A stretch of 64,000 nt of DNA from an uncultured Methanosarcinales archaeon (GCA_964510025.1 CAZDZV010000005.1:1-64000); one strand, 5' to 3'; positions 19,401 to 28,426 are shown, numbered from the stretch's first letter. A program made the numbers and translations. The notes: generated by a model from the sequence alone, not told the origin.

Positions 19401-19757
19401 TCAACCAATACTTATGATCCCATACACTATTCCTATGCCGCCTATGAGGATTATCATCAGGTTGTAGGCTGGGTAGACTGTCGGTATGTATTTAGGTATG
19501 AAAGAAGTGACAAACGGAACTATGCCTCCAAGGACTGTCATAAAGGCTAAACATATCGTGACAAACTTCGAAAAGCCCATCATCGTGACGTTCACAACAG
19601 CATAGATGAATCCTATCAATCCAACTGCGATGATTATGGCGGAATAGACCGGTCCTGACACAGGCACAGTCTCCGGGATTATGTTAACAGAAGCAAGGAA
19701 TGGGATCGCTCCTGCAAGCACAATAAGAACGCCTATTATTATCATGACAATTCTCAA
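19401..19757 (-). CDS. Hypothetical 4-TM membrane protein
   Basis: Internal duplication of a two-helix unit (GAIPF..Y...II / GIVPF..Y...II); AGGTGA RBS. Confidence 0.75.
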   Translation of the reverse strand: MRIVMIIIGVLIVLAGAIPFLASVNIIPETVPVSGPVYSAIIIAVGLIGFIYAVVNVTMMGFSKFVTICLAFMTVLGGIVPFVTSFIPKYIPTVYPAYNLMIILIGGIGIVYGIISIG

Positions 19758-19866
19758 AATCTATCACCTATGCTGATTATTTATTCGTTTATATTTAAAG
19801 TTTTTTGTTTAAGCAAAATGAAAACCTTTATATACCTAATAATCCAGAAAAAATAATGGTGATACG

Positions 19867-20436
19867 ATGGTTTCGACTGTAGCTACTCTCCAAAATCCAA
19901 TGCAGGTCCTGCAAAAGCTGTTCGGTGATCTAGCTGCGATACAGAACGACCTGAGGAAAAGGCTTGGCCTGGACCCTATAGAAAGGCCAAAGATAGATGA
20001 GGCTGCTTTTCGGCATGGCCATCTTGCCAGCGAAGATCTGGACAAATATTTTGATTCTCTACTAAGAGCTGCCCTATCGGATGCCAACAAGATAGCTGCA
20101 AAGGCAAGAGAGCACCCAGAAGGCGCCGAGCAGCTAGGGAAAAGCCTGGAAGAATTCCACGAGCTTTTCAGCGAAGCCATGAGGGTTTATAGGGACCATA
20201 TGAGACGTGCTCATTTTTTCTACCAGTTCGCTCAGAAGCTTGACAGGATGACCGGAAGGCTCATCAGAGGAAACAAGGGATTAGAGGCCCAGCACAGAAA
20301 AAAGGTAAGGCAGGAAGAGGCAAAAAGAAGGAAAGCAGAAGGTGAGGTAAAAAGGCAGCAGCAGAAGCTTAGAGCTGAACAGAGAAATGAAGCCAATATA
20401 ATAAGGCTGAGAAGAGCAGATAAAAGGGCTGCATGA
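19867..20436 (+). CDS. Hypothetical coiled-coil protein
   Basis: 189 aa, GGTGA RBS, basic coiled-coil tail. Confidence 0.7.
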   Translation: MVSTVATLQNPMQVLQKLFGDLAAIQNDLRKRLGLDPIERPKIDEAAFRHGHLASEDLDKYFDSLLRAALSDANKIAAKAREHPEGAEQLGKSLEEFHELFSEAMRVYRDHMRRAHFFYQFAQKLDRMTGRLIRGNKGLEAQHRKKVRQEEAKRRKAEGEVKRQQQKLRAEQRNEANIIRLRRADKRAA

Positions 20437-20445
20437 GGTGAAAAG

Positions 20446-21153
20446 ATGAAGATCATACTTGATAAAAAACCGAAGAATCCGACTCTGATAGAGGGATTCC
20501 CGGGATTTGGCCTGGTTGCGACGATTGCATGCGAATTTCTTCTTGACCATCTGAAAACAGAGCAGATAGGCAGGATAATATTTGAGGAATCACAGCCTAT
20601 GATCGCTATCCATAATAATGAGGTTGTGGAGCCCCTGGGAGTTTTCTACAACAAGAGCTACAACATAATCATAGTGCATGCTGTAACACCCAGCCAGGGC
20701 AAGGAATGGGAACTTGCAGATGTTATAGTGGATATAGCCAAGCAGCTTCAGGCAAAAGAGATAGTAAGCCTGGAGGGCGTAGGCTCAGGAGAAGCTGTAA
20801 AGGAGTCCAGAGCCTTTTTTTACAGCTCAGAAGAGAAAAAAAGAAGAAAATTTAAGGAAATAGGCATTGAGCCCCTAAAAGAGGGCATAATAATGGGGGT
20901 GACTGGCGCATTGCTGATCAAAACCCAGAAGCCTATGAGCTGCATATTTGCTGAAGCGCATACAAATCTCCCTGACAGCAAGGCTGCTGCAAAAGTGATC
21001 GAAACATTGGACAAATACCTTGGATTAAAGGTTGATTATAAGCCTTTATTGGAACAGGCTACCAAATTCGAGGGAAAACTCCAGAATCTCATGGAGAAGA
21101 GCCAGCAGGCCCAGCAGATGGCAGACAAGAAAAAATTGAGCTATGTAGGATAA
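20446..21153 (+). CDS. PAC2 family proteasome assembly chaperone (PbaA/PbaB-like)
   Basis: IEGFPGFGLVATIA, G.IMGVTGALL, PDSKAAA, C-terminal LSYVG. Confidence 0.88.
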   Translation: MKIILDKKPKNPTLIEGFPGFGLVATIACEFLLDHLKTEQIGRIIFEESQPMIAIHNNEVVEPLGVFYNKSYNIIIVHAVTPSQGKEWELADVIVDIAKQLQAKEIVSLEGVGSGEAVKESRAFFYSSEEKKRRKFKEIGIEPLKEGIIMGVTGALLIKTQKPMSCIFAEAHTNLPDSKAAAKVIETLDKYLGLKVDYKPLLEQATKFEGKLQNLMEKSQQAQQMADKKKLSYVG

Positions 21154-21607
21154 GTCTCACTTTTGAATAACTTTTTCTTAGATATTTCTCTTTGATAGAG
21201 ATTATACCCCTTATAGCAAGGAATATGCCAGTTAGCTAGTTATTGTAAGTTCAAAATTTTGGCTTTCTAGGCTTTAAAAATATAAAATAGATATGCAATG
21301 TTATGGTGCCTAACTAATCTTTTTGATATCTATCATTCCAGGATCTTCAAAATCGGCTGTTTTCTTTGTGAAAACTCACTTTTTGTTATTTGTATAATTT
21401 AAGATATATATTATTAAATATACTATATATTATATTTATTTTACATATTATTTTACAATATATTTTATTTAAGATATATATTTTATAATATATTTATCTA
21501 GTAGGATAATAATATTATTGAGTAAATAAAGATTAGTAAAAGAATTGATAAACTGTAACTTTAATTTGTTATAATTTTTTTATTATCGTCATAGAATAGC
21601 TGTCACT
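21154..21607. other. Very AT-rich non-coding region (possible DNA-unwinding element)
   Basis: About 450 bp with no ORF; near-pure A/T core at about 21380-21590 with TTTAAGATATATATT twice; two CTCACTTTT motifs. Confidence 0.5.
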
Positions 21608-22489
21608 TTATAGATTATCAAGGGGACTCTGAGTCTGCATCAATCTTTGCTTTGAAACCTGGGTGTACCTCTGAGTTGTTGCCAGATTAGAATGGCCCAG
21701 AAGCTCCTGGATCACCCTGATATCCACACCTGAATCAAGAAGATGGGTCGCAAAGGTTGACCTAAAAGCATGGCAGTAGACCTTTTTCTTTATTCCAGCT
21801 GCACTTGCTACTTTTCTTACTATCCTTTGAGCCTGCCTGGGCGTTATATGGCCTTTAGGTGAACTGAAGAGGTATATCTGCTCTTCAGGCAGCTTCCTAA
21901 GATAGGATCTCAGATGCTTGATAAAAATATCAGAGAGCTTAACAAATCTCTGCTTCTGGCCTTTGCCGTATTTCACAAAAGCTACTTTCTCTTCAATATT
22001 GAAATCATTTATTCTCATAGAAACTGCTTCTGCAACACGCAAACCTGTGCTATAGAGCAATTCTATCAATAATTTATGCTTTTTATTGCTTACAGAGCGT
22101 AAAATAGCCCTTATTTCGTCTTTTGTGAGAACAACAGGAATTTTTTGCTGATTTCTTGGATATTTGACATCCTTGAATATATCTTTTTTAAGAATATTCA
22201 AATAAAAGAATTTTAAGGCTGATATAGCAAGATTCACGCTTGAAGGCCTTAGACTGCTATCACTTAATAAAAATGCCAGATATTGCCTCAAATCTGCGCC
22301 TGTGACATCTTGCGGGGATCGTAATCTGCCTGGAGCCAGCAGGCTTTTCTGGTATTCTGGGCTGGTTTTTCTGGTGTTCAGATATTCCAGAAATTTCTTA
22401 TTCTGGAAAATATATGTTCTGATAGTCTTATCAGAAAATCCTCTTATTTTCAGCTCTGTTTCCAACTCCTTGAAAAATTGAATCACCAA
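21608..22489 (-). CDS. xerA: Tyrosine recombinase XerA/XerC family
   Basis: Full catalytic set: TGLRVAE (R), GKGQKQR (K), HAFRSTFATH (HxxR), LGH, TQRY (Y). Confidence 0.92.
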   Translation of the reverse strand: MVIQFFKELETELKIRGFSDKTIRTYIFQNKKFLEYLNTRKTSPEYQKSLLAPGRLRSPQDVTGADLRQYLAFLLSDSSLRPSSVNLAISALKFFYLNILKKDIFKDVKYPRNQQKIPVVLTKDEIRAILRSVSNKKHKLLIELLYSTGLRVAEAVSMRINDFNIEEKVAFVKYGKGQKQRFVKLSDIFIKHLRSYLRKLPEEQIYLFSSPKGHITPRQAQRIVRKVASAAGIKKKVYCHAFRSTFATHLLDSGVDIRVIQELLGHSNLATTQRYTQVSKQRLMQTQSPLDNL

Positions 22490-22529
22490 AAATCATAGCT
22501 ATGGGCAGATTATTTAAATTTTTTGGAAA

Positions 22530-22557
22530 AAGTCGTATAATATACATTATACGAACA
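22530..22557. other. dif: dif-like Xer recombination site
   Basis: AAGTCGTATAA-TATACA-TTATACGAACA: 11-6-11 layout, perfect TCGTATAA/TTATACGA arms; the reverse-strand core ATAATGTATATTAT matches the E. coli dif core; 40 bp upstream of xerA. Confidence 0.8.
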
Positions 22558-22882
22558 TCTCTCGACGAGGAAGCCTACAATGGGCTTTTGAAGTGTTATT
22601 TACACAAAAAAGGGCGGCTATTTAGGCTAGAATTGGCGCTTTGAAAGTTTGGTCATCCTAAAATTATTATTTTATTTTTAAAAAATTAATTTATTTATTA
22701 TAATTTAAGTTATGATACATCCTTTAGAAAAAAGTTTTAATAAAAGATTAAAATATTTAATCTACATCTTTAAATAAAACTTCTGATAAATTATTAAAAA
22801 TTTCTATTATAGCTATTTGTTGTTACTCTTTGGTTACTAATAATAGAAAGAATTAAATAGTAGGTGTTTTTACAAAGATAAC

Positions 22883-23548
22883 ATGACAACTGATGCTTTC
22901 CAGACAATGCATACTGTATGCATGGATCTGCAGCTGCCCCTTGATGCAATTGGTCAACCAGATGGATACAAAGCAGAAGGAAGATACCATGGAGATTATG
23001 AAAATATGCGGCAGCAGTTCAGGCATAGAGCAGACTATGTAAGGAGGCTCAATATACTTGAGATGATAATGGAGAGCCCTATCCAGGAGAGAGTGCTTGA
23101 AATGCTGCCTGATGTTAGGGGGCTTGACCTGCTTCTCGGCAAATCAGCACATTCTATATATGACTCAGTGCCTGATGACGAGCAGGAAGGATTGAAGCAA
23201 CTGCTACTTGTCAAGGATTATGGCAAAGCATTCGGAAGACTGGGTGATAAGCTCGCTGAAGCTGCAGACCGGGCGCCTAAGCACTGGCCCCTCCAAGGTG
23301 AATCTCTTGCTGATGCTATAAACGACATCAGATTCAGCCAAAGGGCCCTTTATTATGGTGCAATAGCAGTTGGATTGATAAGATATGGGAAATCAATCTC
23401 ACGTCTGGAAAAGAGCCAACTAGCCCACGGGTTCACTTATTTTGCAGGAAAAGAATACATGCCAGAAAGCCTAAAACAAATTTTCCTTCAGGCGCTACAA
23501 CTTGCCCAGAAGCAGCTCCCTGGATCTATTGAAGCTGCAAGCGAATGA
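22883..23548 (+). CDS. Hypothetical protein
   Basis: 221 aa helical ORF with upstream TTAAATA box. Confidence 0.7.
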   Translation: MTTDAFQTMHTVCMDLQLPLDAIGQPDGYKAEGRYHGDYENMRQQFRHRADYVRRLNILEMIMESPIQERVLEMLPDVRGLDLLLGKSAHSIYDSVPDDEQEGLKQLLLVKDYGKAFGRLGDKLAEAADRAPKHWPLQGESLADAINDIRFSQRALYYGAIAVGLIRYGKSISRLEKSQLAHGFTYFAGKEYMPESLKQIFLQALQLAQKQLPGSIEAASE

Positions 23549-23551
23549 TAG

Positions 23552-24094
23552 CTAAAAAAGAGTTTTCTGGTCCAGGTTCAAGATATTTTTCTTTGCTTGC
23601 AGTGTCCTGAAATGAGGATTCAGCTGCAGAAAAGTGCGACTATGGCTATGTTTCCTGTTTATTGGCACACCTTTTCTGATCATATTGTCGATGTAGCCCA
23701 TCGCCAGCTCCTCTGTCAGGCCTGTCTTTTTTGCGATATCCTCATAGCTTATCTTATCTTTAGAACCGTCCAAGGTGTAAAGAACCAGGAATACCTCCTG
23801 CTCTCTTTTTGTAAGATTGCCGACGGTAAATTCCGGCCTGTCTTCGATCTGGAGCCCATGGTTCTGGAGAAACAGCTGAATCTGGTCAATGCGCTCTCCT
23901 AATTTCTCTATCTTTGAGTCCAGTTCGCAAAGGTACTCGTAGTTTGCCTGAACCTCATTAGTATTCTCGTTGATAGCTATCAGATGATCCTCAAACTTAT
24001 CCTTGATTTCAGAGAAAACATAGCCTAACTGCTGTTTGATATCGAAATTAGAGGATAGGGTCCCCTTTCCCTGCAACATATGCACACTAAACAC
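23552..24094 (-). CDS. Coiled-coil protein with C-terminal winged-helix/HTH domain
   Basis: Heptads (LDSKIEKLGERIDQI) then LTKREQEVFLVLY..ISYEDIAKKTGLTEE...MIRKGVPI; likely start at ATG 24079. Confidence 0.8.
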   Translation of the reverse strand: MFSVHMLQGKGTLSSNFDIKQQLGYVFSEIKDKFEDHLIAINENTNEVQANYEYLCELDSKIEKLGERIDQIQLFLQNHGLQIEDRPEFTVGNLTKREQEVFLVLYTLDGSKDKISYEDIAKKTGLTEELAMGYIDNMIRKGVPINRKHSHSRTFLQLNPHFRTLQAKKNILNLDQKTLF

Positions 24095-24281
24095 CCCCTT
24101 TGAAAAAAATATTTATTTGTAGAAGGTCATAGATTTAAATAGATTTATATTTTTGAAAATAGATTTTTTAGCTATGGAAAATTAAATCCTTTTTGCACAT
24201 CGCTGTTTTTATCGTCGACAGAATAGCAGCTGGAACCCTTGGTACTATCTAACAAGGATAAAATCTATGGCCAGAAAAAAA

Positions 24282-25160
24282 CTACCTGCTTATAATCTCT
24301 TTCTCTTTTCCCTTTTGGATAACACCGACCGCATCCTCATTCTGGACCTCGTTCAGAATCCTGTAAAATGAACTTTTTGAGCATAAACCCTGGTCATCCA
24401 CGATCATTTCTTTCAGCTTCAGGGCCGGCATCTTTCCGTATTTTCTTATCATGGATATAATAACATTCTTTATGTATTCCTTGGAATTTCTGGTTATCCG
24501 TCTTACCATCTGGTTTCGCATATTTGACTTTCTCTGGTTTTCTATATCGATAAGCCTTTTGTTGATCTCATCTAATTTTGAGTCCTCTGGCAATGGCCGC
24601 TTTAGCTGATCATTGATGAGGCCCTGCAGCCTCGATTTAATCTCTTCTATCTCTTCAGGAATAGTCTTCTTGATCCCTGACAGGTCATGAACCTGCTCAT
24701 TTAAGCTGTCCAGATTATGCCTGAGCCTGCCAATATCATGGTCCTGCTCGATTATCTGCTTTATCTCATGCTTCAGCTCTGTTTTGGAAGGAACCTCGAT
24801 GTGCCTTAGCTTCATCCTCAGCTCGTCAAGCTCAAACGGTATATGCCTTTGCTTCCTGGATAGGAGATGGAGCTCCTGATTCAGTTCAGATATCTCGCTT
24901 TTAAGGTGCGATACAGCATCCCTGCTGCTGTTCCTTTCAACAATATCCTTTATCTCCTGACGGACAGAATGCTTATTCGGGATATCGCTGAGCTGGCCTT
25001 GGATGCTTATTATCCTGTCGTTAAGATAGTTAAGCCAGCTGAAGATATTGTAAATGTCCTGCCTTACATTCCTGAAAGAATGACCAACCTGGGTATGCAA
25101 ATGATCTAGATTCACCACCTTACTTTTCTTATGAAATATCATAATCAGCAAAACATACAA
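24282..25160 (-). CDS. Long coiled-coil protein with C-terminal winged-helix-like domain
   Basis: Extended heptad repeats with an internal duplication; C-terminal LKLKEMIVDDQGLCSKSSFYRILNE. Confidence 0.78.
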   Translation of the reverse strand: MYVLLIMIFHKKSKVVNLDHLHTQVGHSFRNVRQDIYNIFSWLNYLNDRIISIQGQLSDIPNKHSVRQEIKDIVERNSSRDAVSHLKSEISELNQELHLLSRKQRHIPFELDELRMKLRHIEVPSKTELKHEIKQIIEQDHDIGRLRHNLDSLNEQVHDLSGIKKTIPEEIEEIKSRLQGLINDQLKRPLPEDSKLDEINKRLIDIENQRKSNMRNQMVRRITRNSKEYIKNVIISMIRKYGKMPALKLKEMIVDDQGLCSKSSFYRILNEVQNEDAVGVIQKGKEKEIISR

Positions 25161-25183
25161 GCCAAATATTTAAAGGTTTCGCT

Positions 25184-25400
25184 TAGTCTCAGTCTTAGTC
25201 TTAATTGGGACTATTTTTTGGGAAGTATTTTTATTTTTTCCGTCGAGATATTGATATGAGACTGAGACTTTCGTGGGAATTATATGGGACTATATTGAGA
25301 CTATATTGAGACTATTGTTAGTCGATAGTTTCTCAGTCTCAGGACTATTATAGGACTATCTTAGGATAGTCCCAGGATTGGGTGTCCGTACAGGACTATT
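25184..25400. repeat. Cluster of short RGACT(A) repeats in both orientations
   Basis: 14 RGACT/AGTCY copies in about 215 bp, including 11-bp tandem units GGGACTATATT-GAGACTATATT-GAGACTATTGT. Confidence 0.75.
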
Positions 25401-25842
25401 ATGTTTAGAAGCTGCTATACGCATGACTCTAGTCATGAGATATGGCGGCCCCTCAGATGCCAAAAAACTGTAGCCCAAGGTTACTGTTATCTTGTTAAAA
25501 TTCGAAAAGCCATGGGTAGCATCAGGCCAGAAAGGATATGTTCAAGATTAGCTAGCCAGATGGAAGACAGTCCTCTTTTGAATAGGTCTCGATTCATATC
25601 ATACAGTTAGGCCGCTGCGAAACCGAAGTATTAGGTTTGCTGAAGGCCAGCCAGAGACAGGTTATGGGCAGCCTAATGCCTATCAAGATCTGTCTAGAAT
25701 GATGAATGGTCCTGAACCAGGATAGCTTGGGTGAGGGCCGGATGTTTTTCAGGATAAACTATCGACAATCTAGGAGATCTATGCTAGGTTGATTTTGCCT
25801 TAGAAACTAAATATGAAAACAAGAGATCATTTAGATAGCTAT

Positions 25843-26234
25843 TTTTTTCAATATTGTACAATAAACAAAAGTGAGAGGTAAGAAAGCGATATAGCTATTA
25901 TATTCTATGTGCTTTCTAAAGGAATAATATAGTCCTTTAAGACCATCTCAGGGGCCTGAAGCGCAGATCCATTTTTTATATGTTTGGTAATATTTTTCAA
26001 TATTGTAAATATTAATTTTTAACCTAAAAGTGAGAGTTAAATACAGGCTGATAAGATGTTTTTATGAGGGTAAAAATAGGAGTTTTTGATGAAATTATCT
26101 TATAGTGGAACTATTATTTATTTACTATACTGAAAATTAATTAAAGATGAGAAAAAGTGAGGAACCCACAGTTGTAGGCAGAATAAAAACATTAATAAAT
26201 AGCCTAATTTTCTAAAAGATATTGAAAAAGTGAG
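25843..26234 (+). repeat. Dispersed AAAAGTGAG and TTTTTCAATATTGTA direct repeats in non-coding DNA
   Basis: AAAAGTGAG at 25867, 26026, 26153, 26226; TTTTTCAATATTGTA at about 25844 and 25993. Confidence 0.65.
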
Positions 26235-26242
26235 GGTTAAAG

Positions 26243-26863
26243 ATGGTTAAATCAAAGGCGCAGCTTGCTGTTATTTTAAGCAAAATCAAGGGTTTTGATG
26301 AACCAAACGCCAAACTTGAGCAATATTCTACAGATTCTGAGATAGCAGCCGCAATATTGTGGTTTTCATATATGCAGGGGGATATCAAGGACAGAACAAT
26401 AGCAGATCTGGGTGCCGGAACAGGAATACTGGGTTTAGGTGCACTGTTGTTAGGCGCAAAACAGGTTTATTTTTTGGAAATCGATAAGCAGGCAATCCAG
26501 CAGGCAAAAAACAATTATAAAAGGTTAAAAAGTGAGTATAATATCGGCCAGGCTATATTTGTCAACAAGGAAATTTCAGATTTTAAGGTGGATGCAGATG
26601 CAGTGATTGAAAACCCGCCTTTTGGCGTGAAAAATGAGCATTCTGACAGGAAATTCCTGCTTAAAGCTATGGAAACAGCCAACAAGGTCTATAGCCTTCA
26701 TAAATGTGAGAGCAAAGCCTTCATTGAAGCCTTATGCAGGGATAATGGATTTAGGTCGTCAGAAAGGCTCAAGTTCCATTATCCTCTGAAGGCAAGCCTT
26801 GGTTACCACACAAGGAGGATATACCGCTTCAAGGTTAGCTTATTTGTTCTTGAAAAAGCATAA
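26243..26863 (+). CDS. METTL5-like N6-adenine RNA methyltransferase
   Basis: LEQYST, DLGAGTGILG, NPPFG, VYSLH. Confidence 0.9.
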   Translation: MVKSKAQLAVILSKIKGFDEPNAKLEQYSTDSEIAAAILWFSYMQGDIKDRTIADLGAGTGILGLGALLLGAKQVYFLEIDKQAIQQAKNNYKRLKSEYNIGQAIFVNKEISDFKVDADAVIENPPFGVKNEHSDRKFLLKAMETANKVYSLHKCESKAFIEALCRDNGFRSSERLKFHYPLKASLGYHTRRIYRFKVSLFVLEKA

Positions 26864-26934
26864 ATCACGTCGAGAATTTAAAAACAGTTAAATATATAAA
26901 TAGACTGATTTTCCTGAAAGAAAGGTGGTAGCTA

Positions 26935-27210
26935 ATGGAAATCAATCTAATTGAGAGCAAGAAAAACAAGCTCATCTTTGAGCTGAAAGGAAGCGACCAT
27001 ACGATCTGCAATGCTCTTAAGGATGAGCTTTGGAATGATGATCATATAAAGGTTGCAACTTATTCTGTCAGGCATCCGCTGATAAGCGTACCAAAGTTTG
27101 TTGTCGAGACAGATGGTGCAGAACCTAAAAAGATGCTTGTCTCTGCTGCCCAGAGGCTGCAGAAGATGAACAACAAGGTAAAGGATGATTTTGCAAAAGA
27201 GGTCAGGTAG
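26935..27210 (+). CDS. rpoL: DNA-directed RNA polymerase subunit L (Rpo11)
   Basis: DHTICNALKDEL, ATYSVRHPL. Confidence 0.93.
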   Translation: MEINLIESKKNKLIFELKGSDHTICNALKDELWNDDHIKVATYSVRHPLISVPKFVVETDGAEPKKMLVSAAQRLQKMNNKVKDDFAKEVR

Positions 27211-27212
27211 AT

Positions 27213-27806
27213 TTGGTTAGTCTAGAACAAGCCAGAAAGCTCATAAAGCTGGCGAGGGACTCTATATCAGCAGGCTTATCCGGGAGAGACCCCAGGATAA
27301 GCAGACCCGTAAAGCAGGAATTCTCAGAAAACATGGGGGCTTTCGTGACATTAAAAATCGACAAGAATCTTCGTGGATGCATAGGCTTCACAGAGCCTGC
27401 CTATCCGCTTTACACTGCCATAATAAAGGCTGCAAAGGGAGCGGCCTTTCATGATCCGAGGTTTCCGAAACTATCCAGGGAAGAGCTTGCAAATGTCTGC
27501 ATTGAGGTATCTGTTCTGACAAAACCTACCAGGATAGAGGTGAGAAATCCAGAAGAGTATTTCAAGAAAATACATCCTGGCAAGGATGGCCTGCTGGTAA
27601 TCGGCACTTTTAGCTCGGGTTTGCTCCTGCCGCAGGTAGCAACTGAATACAGATGGGATGCGAAGACCTTTCTGCAACAGACATGTGTCAAAGCCGGGCT
27701 TAAGCCTGACACATACTATGACTATGATAATTGCAGAGTCTACAAGTTCCAGAGCGAGGTCTTCAGTGAAAAAAGTCCAGAAGGAGAAGTTGTACAGATA
27801 ATGTAG
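27213..27806 (+). CDS. AMMECR1 domain protein
   Basis: GAFVTL, LRGCIG, DPRF, EVSVLT, GLLLPQVA, TCVKAGL. Confidence 0.92.
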   Translation: MVSLEQARKLIKLARDSISAGLSGRDPRISRPVKQEFSENMGAFVTLKIDKNLRGCIGFTEPAYPLYTAIIKAAKGAAFHDPRFPKLSREELANVCIEVSVLTKPTRIEVRNPEEYFKKIHPGKDGLLVIGTFSSGLLLPQVATEYRWDAKTFLQQTCVKAGLKPDTYYDYDNCRVYKFQSEVFSEKSPEGEVVQIM

Positions 27807-27925
27807 ATTGGCTGAAACCCAAAAATTTGTTATTTCTGGCGGTTAAAAAAGATAGAAAGATATATAAATATCTGGTGCCTACCGTATATTAAATATTAAT
27901 TTAGTCTATAAATCTGTATATTAAG

Positions 27926-28426
27926 ATGGCATATATCCGAACTAAAAAGATAAGAAAAAAGAGCGGAAATTGCTATGTATATTGCTATCTTGTAGAGAAC
28001 AAATGGAAAAAAAGGCTGAAGAATTCAAGGCAGAAGGTGATGGCTTTCCTAGGAAAGTTATATGAGCCTAAAATAGTGAAGGACAGGGACTTTTCCAGCT
28101 TCAAATCAATAGCTGACATAAGCAGCTATGTGGAACAGCATACATATAAGGAAATAGTACAGGATCTGATAGAGTGGGAATTATCCAGGCATGATATGGG
28201 CGGCTATTCAGTGGATGAAGACAAGGTCACCAAGAACAAGCACAAGGCAGTCATAAAGATGAATGAGGGTTATTTGTGTGGCTACACCGTTAAAAAGCTG
28301 CTGAATTTCAGATTCAGGGATGATGAGTACGAGGCTGGTATGGCTTTCGCCAGGGTGTTTGTTGATGCTGGAATCAAGATCCCAAAGCAGCTATTTGTGC
28401 TGCTCTTTCAGAAGATGACATCATGA
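27926..28426 (+). CDS. Hypothetical basic protein (N-terminus resembles IS1634-type transposase N-termini)
   Basis: MAYIRTKK..YCYLVENKW..RQKV..FLGK; only 166 aa, no DDE domain. Confidence 0.7.
   Translation: MAYIRTKKIRKKSGNCYVYCYLVENKWKKRLKNSRQKVMAFLGKLYEPKIVKDRDFSSFKSIADISSYVEQHTYKEIVQDLIEWELSRHDMGGYSVDEDKVTKNKHKAVIKMNEGYLCGYTVKKLLNFRFRDDEYEAGMAFARVFVDAGIKIPKQLFVLLFQKMTS

Noticed and set aside
21608..22489. Integron integrase or proviral integrase
   Set aside because: No IntI-specific insertion before HxxR, no attC-like cassette array, no viral genes or adjacent tRNA att site; the dif-like site favours XerA
25184..25400. CRISPR array
   Set aside because: Repeats are 5-11 bp, irregularly spaced and in both orientations; no 25-40 bp repeat/spacer pattern and no cas genes
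25401..25610. 69-aa ORF in the long intergenic region
   Set aside because: No RBS, motif or convincing composition; treated as non-coding
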